A DNA stretch of 64,000 nucleotides, taken from contig JBGAOG010000002.1 in NCBI GenBank assembly GCA_044221985.1, positions 7,073 through 71,072 of the forward strand, read 5' to 3'. Of the stretch, positions 55,570 to 64,000 are shown in pieces. Within the stretch, counting starts at the first letter, position 1, and the number at the start of each line of letters is the position of its first letter. This DNA is from Phycisphaerales bacterium. GTDB taxonomy: Bacteria; Planctomycetota; Phycisphaerae; Phycisphaerales; UBA1924. The position numbers and the translations under genes were made by a program. Under the pieces are notes generated by a model that worked only from the letters and a program-made list of their open reading frames with translations, did no database searches and had not been told where the DNA came from.

Positions 55570-56793
55570 GTGCAGGCGATGAGCCCGCCGGGCCCGAGCT
55601 TCGAGGTCGGCTGGGACGCGCGGTGCGTGTGCCCCAATTGCCACGCGCGCGGGCTGCGCACGTTCTATGAGGTCCGGGGCATCCCGTGCCACAGCACGCT
55701 GCTGATGGACTCGGCGTCGGAGGCTCGGGACTACCCGCGCGGCGATCTCCGCCTGGGGTTCTGCCCCGCGTGCGGGTTTATCTGCAACACGCGGTTCGAT
55801 CCTGGGATGCACGAGTACTCACCGCGGTGCGAGGAAAGCCAGGGCTTCTCGCCGACGTTCAACCGGTTCGCGCGCGAGCTGGCCCGGCGTTACGCCGAGC
55901 GGTACCAGCTGCGAGACAAGGTGGCGCTGGAGATCGGCTGCGGGAAGGGGGAGTGGCTGGCGGCGTTGTGCGAGGAGTCGGGCGGACGCGGGATCGGGAT
56001 CGATCCGGGCTACCAGCCCAGCCGGCTCGGCGGCGAGTCGCTGTCGCGCATCGAGTGGATCGTCGACCTGTATGGGCCCAAGCACGCGGGCCTGAAGGCG
56101 GACTTCATCGCGTGCCGGCACACGCTCGAGCACATCGCCCCGACGCTGGACTTCATGCGGGACATCCGCGGGACGCTCGGCGCGCGCTCGGGGGCGGTGC
56201 TCTTCTTCGAGCTGCCGGAGGTCCTGCGCGAGCTCGAGGAGGGCGCGTTCTGGGACCTCTACTACGAGCACTGCACGTACTTCAGCCCGGGGTCGCTGGC
56301 GCGGCTCTTCCGCCTCGCGCACTTCGACGTCACGCACCTGAGCGTGGAGTACGACGGGCAGTACATCATCCTGGACGCCGTGCCCGCCGACGGGCCCACC
56401 TCGCCGCGACTGCCCCTGGAGGATGACCTTGGTCGCCTGGCGCGGGGCGTGGAGCGATTCGCCGCGGTGGCGTCGGGGGTGGTTCGGCGCTGGACGGACC
56501 TGTGCCGGTCGGCCCACGCCAAAGGGGAGAGGGTCGTGATCTGGGGGAGCGGGAGCAAGGGGGTGAGCTTCCTGACGACGCTGGGCCTGGGCGGGGAGGT
56601 GGCGGCGGCGGTGGACATCAACACCTACCGCCAGGGGAAGTACATGCCCGGGAGCGGGCACGAGATCGTCTCGCCCGAATCGCTCAAGGCCCTCAGGCCG
56701 GATCACGTCATCGTGATGAACCCGATCTACGTGCCCGAGATCACGGCACAGGTGCGCGGGCTGGGGTTGCACCCGATAATCCACGCGCTCTAA
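55570..56793 (+). CDS. class I SAM methyltransferase with Zn-ribbon and C-methyltransferase-type C-terminal domain
   Basis: Contains CVCPNC...FCPACGFICN (4-Cys ribbon), ALEIGCGKGEW, HCTYFS and VIWGSGSKGVSFL...DINTYRQGKYMPGSGHEI. The start is GTG 55570 or ATG 55579. Confidence 0.8.
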   Translation: MQAMSPPGPSFEVGWDARCVCPNCHARGLRTFYEVRGIPCHSTLLMDSASEARDYPRGDLRLGFCPACGFICNTRFDPGMHEYSPRCEESQGFSPTFNRFARELARRYAERYQLRDKVALEIGCGKGEWLAALCEESGGRGIGIDPGYQPSRLGGESLSRIEWIVDLYGPKHAGLKADFIACRHTLEHIAPTLDFMRDIRGTLGARSGAVLFFELPEVLRELEEGAFWDLYYEHCTYFSPGSLARLFRLAHFDVTHLSVEYDGQYIILDAVPADGPTSPRLPLEDDLGRLARGVERFAAVASGVVRRWTDLCRSAHAKGERVVIWGSGSKGVSFLTTLGLGGEVAAAVDINTYRQGKYMPGSGHEIVSPESLKALRPDHVIVMNPIYVPEITAQVRGLGLHPIIHAL

Positions 56794-56856
56794 GCTGGCG
56801 CACCAGCCGCGCGTCCGGCTGGTCGATGCAGCACGGGGAGGTTGCCTCCGGTAGTT

Positions 56857-57678
56857 ATGGGACACACCGTTCGATCCATCGAGGCTCTGGCCATGCGCCG
56901 CCTGCGCGACGCTCTGCGCGACGCCGCCACCGATTCGTCGCAGGCCTGCGCCCTGCGTTCGGCGCTGGTGATCGCGCCGCACCCCGACGACGAGACGCTG
57001 GGATGCGGGGCGGCCATCGCGCGAAAAACGGACGCCGGGCGTCCCGTCCACGTGGTGGTGTGCACGGACGGGAGCGCCTCGCACCGGTCCAAGATGATCC
57101 CGCCCAAGGACCTGGCCCAGATCCGGGAGGTCGAGGCCGGGGAGGCTGTCAAGGTCCTGGGCGTGCCCAGGGAGAACCTCGCGTTCCTCCGCTTCGAGGA
57201 CGGGCACCTCCAGCACCGGCGCGAGGCGTTGCTGCACGAGCTGGCCGACGTCATCACGGCGTCCCAACCCGACGAGATCCTGGCGCCGTGCGGAATCGAC
57301 CGGCACCCCGACCACCGCGCCATCGCTTCGGTGATGGACGAGCTGGTCCAGCGGAAGATCGTGAACTGCCCGGTGCTCGACTACCCGGTCTGGTTCTGGA
57401 CGGCCCGCGCCTGGGGCGGCGGGGGCGCGGGGTTCTCGGCCCTGTCGGCGATCCTTCGCCCCAATCGCGTGGCCCAGCACCTGAACCCGTCGGCCGTCAG
57501 CACGGAGGGCTACCTCGAGCGCAAGCGTCGGGCCATCGCGTGCCACAAGTCGCAGGTCACGAACCTGACGGGCGAGCCGGGGTGGGGCGTGCTGGAACCG
57601 GCGTTCCTGGACCACTTCCTGCAACCCTACGAGCTGTATTTCGGGACGCGGCGACCGGCCGTGCGTGCGGCGGGCTAA
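56857..57678 (+). CDS. PIG-L/LmbE family deacetylase
   Basis: Contains VIAPHPDDETLGCG and GIDRHPDHRA. The start is uncertain (TTG 56842 or ATG 56857). Confidence 0.85.
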   Translation: MGHTVRSIEALAMRRLRDALRDAATDSSQACALRSALVIAPHPDDETLGCGAAIARKTDAGRPVHVVVCTDGSASHRSKMIPPKDLAQIREVEAGEAVKVLGVPRENLAFLRFEDGHLQHRREALLHELADVITASQPDEILAPCGIDRHPDHRAIASVMDELVQRKIVNCPVLDYPVWFWTARAWGGGGAGFSALSAILRPNRVAQHLNPSAVSTEGYLERKRRAIACHKSQVTNLTGEPGWGVLEPAFLDHFLQPYELYFGTRRPAVRAAG

Positions 57679-57688
57679 GGTGCGCGGT

Positions 57689-58843
57689 ATGCCCGTGGTG
57701 GTGCTGCACGTGATGCCCGACCTGGCGGTGGGCGGTGGGCAGGTGCTCCTGCTGAGGCACGCCGGCGCGCACACGGCGGCGTGCGCCCACCAGGTCGCGT
57801 TCGTGCGTCCGCCGGCGGAGATGCGGTCGCGATACGAGGACGCGGGCATCGGGTGCCATGAGCTGGGCGGTGGGGGGGCGTGGTCGAGCGGGCGGGCTCT
57901 GGCGCGGGTGGCGCGGAGCGTGGGCGCCGGAGTGATCCACGCGAACAACACGGCGAGCGATCGCCGGGCGGCCTATGTCGCGGCGTGGCTGACGGGCCTG
58001 CCGCTGGTGACGACCCTGCACGCCGAGATGCCGGTGGACCGCCCGGGGCTGAAGGCGGCGCTTCGCGGGGCGGGTCGCGGCGTGGAGCGCGCCCTTGCGC
58101 GGCGGGTGCTGCGCCGGGCGATCGCGGTTTCGGAGCACGTGCGGAGGAGCTGGTCGGCTCGCCTGGGGACCATGCTGGGCGATGGCGGTGTCGTCGAGGT
58201 GATCCACCCGGGGTTGGACCTGGTTGCGTTCGACCGTGCCGCCCCCGCGTCTTCGCGGGAGCGCGTCCGGCGCGAGCTTGGCGTCGCGGCGGGCGTGCCG
58301 GTGGTGATCCACGTGGGGCGATTGGCGCACGGCAAGGGGCACGTGGAACTCATCCCGGCCCTGGCGCGGCTGCGTGGTTCGATGCCCGAAGCCCGGGCGT
58401 GGATCGTGGGCGACGGGCCGCAGCGCGGCGAGCTCCAGTCGCGGATCGGGGAGGCGGGCCTGTCGGGCGTGATCTCGCTGCTGGGCGAGCGGGGCGACGT
58501 GCCCGCGCTGCTTCGCGCCGCCGACGCCATGATCTTCCCTTCCTACAGCGAGGGCTTCGGGCTGGCCCCGCTGGAGGCGATGGCGGCGGGGCTGCCGGTG
58601 GTGGCGTTCGGGTTGCCTTCCTTGCGGGAGTTTGTCGCCGATGGCGAGAGCGGCGTGCTGGTGAGCGAGGGCGGGGGCGAGGCGCTGGGCGCCGCGGCCG
58701 CCGGTGTCCTTGCGTCGCCGGGCGTCCGGGAGCGGATGGGGAGCGCGGGACGCGCCATCGTGGAGCGTCGATTTACGATCGGACGGTTCGTCGCCGACAT
58801 GGAGCGGGTGTATCTCTCGGTGGCGTCGGAGGGGCGCCGGTGA
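57689..58843 (+). CDS. family 4 (GT-B) glycosyltransferase
   Basis: Contains VVLHVMPDLAVGGGQ and FPSYSEGFGLAPLEAMAAGLPVVA, the EX7E region. Confidence 0.88.
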   Translation: MPVVVLHVMPDLAVGGGQVLLLRHAGAHTAACAHQVAFVRPPAEMRSRYEDAGIGCHELGGGGAWSSGRALARVARSVGAGVIHANNTASDRRAAYVAAWLTGLPLVTTLHAEMPVDRPGLKAALRGAGRGVERALARRVLRRAIAVSEHVRRSWSARLGTMLGDGGVVEVIHPGLDLVAFDRAAPASSRERVRRELGVAAGVPVVIHVGRLAHGKGHVELIPALARLRGSMPEARAWIVGDGPQRGELQSRIGEAGLSGVISLLGERGDVPALLRAADAMIFPSYSEGFGLAPLEAMAAGLPVVAFGLPSLREFVADGESGVLVSEGGGEALGAAAAGVLASPGVRERMGSAGRAIVERRFTIGRFVADMERVYLSVASEGRR

Positions 58844-59607
58844 GCGCGAAGCTGGGAATATTGCGACGGGCCGTGCGGTGGCTGGTCCGGCTGCGCCCCG
58901 CGCGGGTGGATCGCGGTCCCGGCGCCGGGCTGCGGCTGTATCTGGGCCGCGCCAGCGCCGCGTACGACCTGGGAATGTCCGAGATGGCGGTGCAGGCCTT
59001 CCTGGTGGAGAATCTGCATCCGGGCGACGTGTTCTACGACGTGGGGGCCAACGTCGGTTTCTTCAGCCTGCTGGGGGCGCGCCTCGTGGGGCGGGGAGGG
59101 CAGGTGCTGGCGTTCGAGCCGGTGCCCGCGAACGCCGACGCGGCGCGGCGCAATGCCGCCCTGAACGGTCTCGACAACGTGTTCGTGCGCGGCGCGGCGT
59201 TGGCCAGCACGTGCGGGACGGCGGACCTGATCCTCACGCGGCACCCCGGGGGCGCGACGCTGGCGCACGTCGGGTCGCCCCCCGATGCGAGCGGGGCGCT
59301 CCGCGTGATCTGCAAGTCCATCGATGCGCTGGTCGAGCGGGAGGACCTGGCGCCCCCGACGCTCGTCAAGGTCGACGTTGAGGGCGCGGAGCTCGACGTG
59401 CTGGCGGGGATGGAGCGCACGGCACGCCGCCTGCACCCCGCCATCGTGTGCGAGGTGGACGCGGCCACGGTCGAGGAAGCGGAATCGAAGGCGGCCGGGG
59501 TCGAGGCGGTGCTGCGGGGCTGGGGCTACGCCCCGTACCGGCTGGCGGAGTCATGCACGGACGGCTCGTGGCAGGTCCTGCACGTGGTGGCACGCGCTCA
59601 GGCCTGA
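58840..59607 (+). CDS. FkbM family methyltransferase
   Basis: The GTG overlaps the upstream stop (GTGA). It contains FYDVGANVGFFSL, AFEPVP and VKVDVEGAELDVL. Confidence 0.85.
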   Translation: MSAKLGILRRAVRWLVRLRPARVDRGPGAGLRLYLGRASAAYDLGMSEMAVQAFLVENLHPGDVFYDVGANVGFFSLLGARLVGRGGQVLAFEPVPANADAARRNAALNGLDNVFVRGAALASTCGTADLILTRHPGGATLAHVGSPPDASGALRVICKSIDALVEREDLAPPTLVKVDVEGAELDVLAGMERTARRLHPAIVCEVDAATVEEAESKAAGVEAVLRGWGYAPYRLAESCTDGSWQVLHVVARAQA

Positions 59608-61628
59608 CCCCGCGCCAGGAACTCGTGGAACACGGTGCCCGTGTCGAGGCCCCACTCCCAATTGGCGGCCAATCCGACGCGCCGGATGCGAAGGCGAGGG
59701 GCTCGCGGGTACACGTCCGAGATGGCCCGCATGATCACCGGCTCCCCGTCGACGCGGGCGATGTAGCGGTCGCCGTCGAACACGACGCCCAGGCGGAACG
59801 GGCGCCCCCACGTGGCGCGTGAGCCGATATTGCTCCACACCGCGTTGTAGATGTCGTCGAACCCGCCGACGATCGGGAACGATGAGATGGACGCTCCGGC
59901 GTACCCGTCGTGGAGCCAGAGGTTGACGATGAGGTAGTGGTCGCGGTCCTGCCAGAAGACGAGGCCCCCGCGGCCCTCGTGCTTCTGCCCGCGTGCCGAG
60001 CCCGGAGGGGTCATGGTGGCCTCCAACTCGGCGAAACCCGGCTCGCTCCAGGGGATGGTGTAGAGCGTTCGACCCGGGGACGGAGACCCGACGCGTCCCA
60101 CGATGCGGGCGCCGCCCTCGGGCCGGACCACGAAGGAGCCGGGCCCCAGCGTGCGCTCCCAGGCTGGCGCGGGGTGATCGGTGCTGAGCGGGGTCGAGGA
60201 GCCCGCGTCCACGGGCCGCCCCTCCAGGGGTCCGGGAGCATTGCGGAACGAATCGCGGGCGAGCTCGCGACCGATGGCGGGCGTCCAGGGGCGGAAGATG
60301 GGGAGGGAAGCCGGGATTGGCACGTGGCGCGGATGGGCCTCCCATTCGCGGACGGTGGTCTGCCCATGCTCGTCGTGCACGAGACCCACGCCGCGTGCGC
60401 CGCCCAACCGATCATCGCAGATCCAGGCGGGCTCGCCGGGTGCGCTGGCAACGCGAACGGCGAGGTCGCGTCCGTCGTCGAGGATCAGGACCGGGACCTC
60501 GCGCTCGCCGGGAAGCGAACCGGAGGCCACGCGGTGGGCTTGGCCATGCTCCACACACTCCACGACGAACGCGCCGTCGAGGGCGCGCAGGCGCCAATAG
60601 TTGGCCTCGTCGTGCACGCGCCAGGCGAGGCCGCCCGCCCCGGATGCCCGAGCGGTCCAGAGCGCGTGCACCAGGCCCGTGGGCTGATCCGGCGTCTGAA
60701 CTCGCAGGGCGTCGCGGATGGTCCAAGGCGCGTCGGGCGTGTCGGCGGCGTGAGCCCCGGCGAAGCGTGCGGCCAGAGACTCGATGTGATCGACCGCGAC
60801 GGCGCGAACCCGGGAGTCCACGGCGAAGCCGATCTCGCCCAGGACGCTCTGATGGAGGGCGGCGTAGCTCTCGTTCCAGTGCTGCCCGGCCTGGAGGTCG
60901 ATGGCGACGGGGCGCATGGTCCCCGCGGGACTCCCGCCCCGCGCCCCCTGGGGCAGGGCGATGTACGCAATTGCTCCCCGCTCGCGCAGGGCCACGACGT
61001 ACATCGCCTCGACATTCTGCACGCCCCGCAGGAGCGATACCGCGGGCTGGGCGTTGCCGCGGGAGAATCGCAATTCGCCGCAGTCTTGCGACGCGGCGTG
61101 CATGACGAGAGCGGCCTGGGCGCCCAGCGGATCGGCGCCGGCGTGGAAGAGCCCGACGCGGAGGTTGTCATCGATGGGGAAGCCCTTCCCGGCACGACGG
61201 GCTCCGCGCCAGCAGGTCAAGCGACGGACGAGGCCCTCGCGGGCGGGATATCGGGCGAGGCCGGCGAGCTGGCGGACGATCGCGTGGGAGTTTCCGCCGC
61301 GCAGGAAGCGGTAGGCCTGCCTGAGCAGGCCCTGGGTGGGGAGCGTCTGCGACGTGTTGTGTCCGTTGAGCATGGCCACGGCGAGGGCCAGGCCGGGGCG
61401 GGCGGAGAACGGGCCGTAGGCCAGGGCGGCGCGTCCCCAACCGGGCGTGGCGAGCGTGGCGATGCGCAGGGAACCGTGGTCGATGGAGAGGGCGCCCTCG
61501 GCGTCGGTCACCAGGCGCGGGGTGGAATCGGCGGCGTGCGTGGCATCGACGAGGCCGCGCGGCGCGTCGTGCTCGAAGCGGTCCAGGAGGATCGGCGGCC
61601 GCTGGGGCGCTGGCGGGGCCGCGCTCAC
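59598..61628 (-). CDS. hypothetical 676-aa protein, unknown function (possible repeated beta-sandwich/LamG-like modules)
   Basis: The GTG at 61628 overlaps the stop of the upstream methyltransferase gene (GTGA). No catalytic motif was recognised. The module-like segments are LAWRVHDEANYWRLRALDGAFVVE and GGLVFWQDRDHYLIVNLW...FRLGVVFDGDRYIARVDGEPV. Confidence 0.65.
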   Translation of the reverse strand: MSAAPPAPQRPPILLDRFEHDAPRGLVDATHAADSTPRLVTDAEGALSIDHGSLRIATLATPGWGRAALAYGPFSARPGLALAVAMLNGHNTSQTLPTQGLLRQAYRFLRGGNSHAIVRQLAGLARYPAREGLVRRLTCWRGARRAGKGFPIDDNLRVGLFHAGADPLGAQAALVMHAASQDCGELRFSRGNAQPAVSLLRGVQNVEAMYVVALRERGAIAYIALPQGARGGSPAGTMRPVAIDLQAGQHWNESYAALHQSVLGEIGFAVDSRVRAVAVDHIESLAARFAGAHAADTPDAPWTIRDALRVQTPDQPTGLVHALWTARASGAGGLAWRVHDEANYWRLRALDGAFVVECVEHGQAHRVASGSLPGEREVPVLILDDGRDLAVRVASAPGEPAWICDDRLGGARGVGLVHDEHGQTTVREWEAHPRHVPIPASLPIFRPWTPAIGRELARDSFRNAPGPLEGRPVDAGSSTPLSTDHPAPAWERTLGPGSFVVRPEGGARIVGRVGSPSPGRTLYTIPWSEPGFAELEATMTPPGSARGQKHEGRGGLVFWQDRDHYLIVNLWLHDGYAGASISSFPIVGGFDDIYNAVWSNIGSRATWGRPFRLGVVFDGDRYIARVDGEPVIMRAISDVYPRAPRLRIRRVGLAANWEWGLDTGTVFHEFLARGQA

Positions 61629-62824
61629 GCGACGACCACCTCCGCCGGCAGGCCCAGCCGAAGCAGGCTCGCCCGGATCTCCTCGACGTACAGGGGGTTC
61701 ATGGCCAGGACGACGGCGGGACGGAGCTCGGGCAACCGCTCGGGCGCGATGATTTCCAGCCCGCAGCCGGCGACGAAGCAGCCCTGCTTGCGCGGGTTCA
61801 GGTCCACGGCATGGGCCAGGACGCTCGCGTCGCGCAGCTCGTCGCCGAAGGTGTTGAGGAAGGTGACGCCCTTGGAACCGGCGCCCCAGAGGACGGCGTG
61901 CTGGCCGCGCGATCGCCACTGGCCCAGCACTCCCCGCCAGTGGGCGACCTTCCTGTGGTGCTCGCGGGCGAAGGCGTGGGCGCGTGCGCGGGTGCGTTCG
62001 TCGGGCGCCTCGACGCCGGGAACGACGCCCGAGGCCCTGGCTCGCAGGCCCAGGAACTGCCCACCGTAGGCGCTGGCGGCGCCCAGGACCTCGAACCCCG
62101 CGCGGGCGAAGAGCCCGATCATCGCCTCTGCGGTGAGGTAGCTGCAGTGCTCATAGATGAGGTCCCAGATGGCGAGGTGCTCGGTCATGTGGGCGCAGTC
62201 GGGGACCTCGAAGTACAGCCCGGCGCCGTCGGGCAGGGCCCGGCGCAGGTCCGCGAGGAAGGCGCGCGGGTCGGGGATGTGCTCGAGCACGTGGCGGCAA
62301 CTGACGAAGTCGGGGGGGGGGAGCGTGGTCGTGGAGGTGAACAGCTCGCGGACGACCCGGGCGTTTACGCCGGGCTTGATCGCGCTGCGAGCGGGATCGA
62401 ATGCCGGGTCGAACCCCACGCCCACGTTGTCGCCCAGCTCGCACAGGCGAGAGAGGAACGACCCGTCGCCGCAGCCGAGCTCGACGACGCGCTTGCCGCG
62501 CAGGGCGAAGCCGGAGACCAGGCCCTGGGCGAGGGTTTCGGCGTACTCGCGGAACTGGGGCGAGAAGTGGAGCGCGTTCTCGTAGACGGCGTCGTAGCGG
62601 GTGCGCCGCTCGTCGAAGGCGGCGTTGAAGACCATCCCGCACGCCTCGCAGAAGGCCAGGTCGATGTCGCCGCGCGGGGCGGCCAGGGCGGCCTCGCGCG
62701 TGCGATGCAGGACGTTGCAGAAGACGGGCATGCGTGCCACGTGCACCATGCGGGAAAGCCGGTGGCCGCCGCAAGCCGGACACGCCCGTGCCCCGCCATC
62801 CTGGATTGGGGCCGATCCGCCCAT
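61625..62824 (-). CDS. class I SAM methyltransferase with Zn-ribbon and C-methyltransferase-type C-terminal domain (paralogue of 55570..56793)
   Basis: GGAGG lies 5 nt upstream of the ATG at 62824. It contains CPACGG...FCEACGMVFN, VVELGCGDGSF, HCSYLT and VLWGAGSKGVTFL...DLNPRKQGCFVAGCGLEI. Confidence 0.8.
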   Translation of the reverse strand: MGGSAPIQDGGARACPACGGHRLSRMVHVARMPVFCNVLHRTREAALAAPRGDIDLAFCEACGMVFNAAFDERRTRYDAVYENALHFSPQFREYAETLAQGLVSGFALRGKRVVELGCGDGSFLSRLCELGDNVGVGFDPAFDPARSAIKPGVNARVVRELFTSTTTLPPPDFVSCRHVLEHIPDPRAFLADLRRALPDGAGLYFEVPDCAHMTEHLAIWDLIYEHCSYLTAEAMIGLFARAGFEVLGAASAYGGQFLGLRARASGVVPGVEAPDERTRARAHAFAREHHRKVAHWRGVLGQWRSRGQHAVLWGAGSKGVTFLNTFGDELRDASVLAHAVDLNPRKQGCFVAGCGLEIIAPERLPELRPAVVLAMNPLYVEEIRASLLRLGLPAEVVVA

Positions 62825-62951
62825 CGTACCTCCGGCAGTGCCGTCCCCCACAGGATACCGGGGGCGAGGTGCCTGCACGCCCTTCATCGGCCCGACGCAT
62901 CGCCCCCCTGCAGCGATCCGCGGTTCGCCCTTCACCTACACTCACGCCCCT

Positions 62952-64000
62952 ATGGCACAGGCACACTCGAACCGTCGTCGCGCCGTCTCCACCACCCGCT
63001 CCGGCGTCGCCCACCGCTGGACGCAGGTCCTCATCCCGACCGCGCGTGAGGCCCCGGCCGACGCCGAGACACCCAGCCACGTCCTGCTCTCCCGCGCGGG
63101 GTTCATCCGCAAGGTGGCGGCCGGCGTGTACGACTACCTCCCCCTGGCGTGGCGGACGCTGACGAAGATCGGCGCCATCGTGCGCGAGGAGATGGACGGC
63201 GCGGGCGCCGCCGAGCTCTTCATGCCGGTCCTCGTGCCCATGGAGCTCTACAACGAGACCAGGCGTCACGAGGCCTACGGCGACCTGCTCTTCAAGGTGA
63301 CCGACCGCAAGGGCAACGTCGCCGCCCTGGGCCCCACGCACGAGGAGACCATCACCGAGATGGTCAAGGGCTCCATCACCAGCTACAAGCAGCTCCCGCT
63401 GAACCTGTACCAGATCCAGACCAAGTTCCGCGACGAGGCCCGCCCCCGGGCCGGGCTGCTGCGCTGCCGCGAGTTCATCATGAAGGACGCCTACTCCTTC
63501 CACCTGAACGTCGAGGGCCCCGGCGGGCTCAACGAGGCGTACGACAAGATGTACGCCGCGTACAGCAACATCTTCTCCCGCTGCGGGCTGGACTACTCGC
63601 CCGTCGAGGCCGAGAGCGGGCCCATCGGCGGCTCGGCGAGCCACGAGTTCATGGTCAACTGCGCCAGCGGCGAGGACACGATCCTCAAGTGTCCCGCCAG
63701 CGGCTACGCGGCCAACGTGGAGAAGTGCGAGATCGGCGACCGCGGCGCGTGGACTTTCGACGCCGCGCCCACGGGCGAGCTGGCCGAGGTCCACACGCCC
63801 AACCTCCCCGGCATCGAGGAGGTCGGCAAGTTCATGGGCGTCAAGCCCCCGCGGATGCTCAAGACCATCGTCTTCCGCGTGATCGATGGCGACCCGCAAG
63901 CCGCGATCAAGTGGGTCGTCGCCGTCGTCCGTGGCGACCACGACGTCAATGAGGGCAAGGTGAAGATCGTCAGCGGGCTCAAGGTGGAACTCGCCCCCGA
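62952..64000 (+). CDS. proS: proline--tRNA ligase (3' end beyond window)
   Basis: Translated by hand from the ATG at 62952. It contains SHVLLSRAGFIRKVAAGVYDYLPLAWR, GPTHEETITEM, YQIQTKFRDEARPRAGLLRCREFIMKDAYSF and GGSASHEF. It is absent from the track because no stop lies inside the window. Confidence 0.93.
   Translation, partial: MAQAHSNRRRAVSTTRSGVAHRWTQVLIPTAREAPADAETPSHVLLSRAGFIRKVAAGVYDYLPLAWRTLTKIGAIVREEMDGAGAAELFMPVLVPMELYNETRRHEAYGDLLFKVTDRKGNVAALGPTHEETITEMVKGSITSYKQLPLNLYQIQTKFRDEARPRAGLLRCREFIMKDAYSFHLNVEGPGGLNEAYDKMYAAYSNIFSRCGLDYSPVEAESGPIGGSASHEFMVNCASGEDTILKCPASGYAANVEKCEIGDRGAWTFDAAPTGELAEVHTPNLPGIEEVGKFMGVKPPRMLKTIVFRVIDGDPQAAIKWVVAVVRGDHDVNEGKVKIVSGLKVELAP

Noticed and set aside
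62151-63941. 596-aa minus-strand ORF
   Set aside because: It is antisense to proS and to the methyltransferase paralogue. Hand translation of the plus strand gives clear ProRS class II motifs.

Overview
High-GC (roughly 68-70% by eye) bacterial chromosomal window, densely coding with about 59 protein genes. I found no rRNA, tRNA, CRISPR array, transposase or integrase. Many long 'shadow' ORFs in the track are antisense artefacts of the high GC content. Several signatures point to Planctomycetota, probably Phycisphaerae-like; this is inference only. They are prepilin-type FTLIELLVVIAIIALLI pseudopilin genes, C-terminal dockerin-like tails ending in Gly-Cys, PEP-CTERM-like tails, a 1328-aa SecA and an HU with a Lys-rich N-terminus. 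Housekeeping genes recognised: guaA, recJ, PduO-type corrinoid adenosyltransferase, infC, maf, lpxK, hldE, rplS, yicC, secG, rsmE, M32 carboxypeptidase, psuG, secA, lhgO and proS (3' partial). Accessory content worth attention: (1) at the left edge, a tightly coupled operon of a b-type cytochrome, two paralogous ~15-haem c-type cytochromes and a Trx-fold/TPR protein lacking CXXC; (2) a pentahaem cytochrome c with a GC-terminated dockerin-like tail, next to an RsbW/RsbV-type partner-switching pair, with the SpoIIE phosphatase 4 kb away; (3) an RHH-antitoxin/Doc-toxin pair whose toxin has a ~100-aa extra C-terminal domain; (4) an 11-kb glycan cluster (51.4-62.8 kb) with rfbF, three TylC3-like C-methyltransferase-family paralogues, an FkbM methyltransferase, a PIG-L deacetylase, two glycosyltransferases and a 676-aa protein of unknown function translationally coupled to one methyltransferase; (5) an orphan NrdJ-C-terminal (TSCPD-like) mini-protein; (6) a sharp codon-usage break in the 3' end of an FGE-sulfatase/C-type-lectin-fold gene; (7) an apparent frameshift in a PDZ-domain gene. 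All functional calls rest on motif and sequence recognition by eye. No database search was run.
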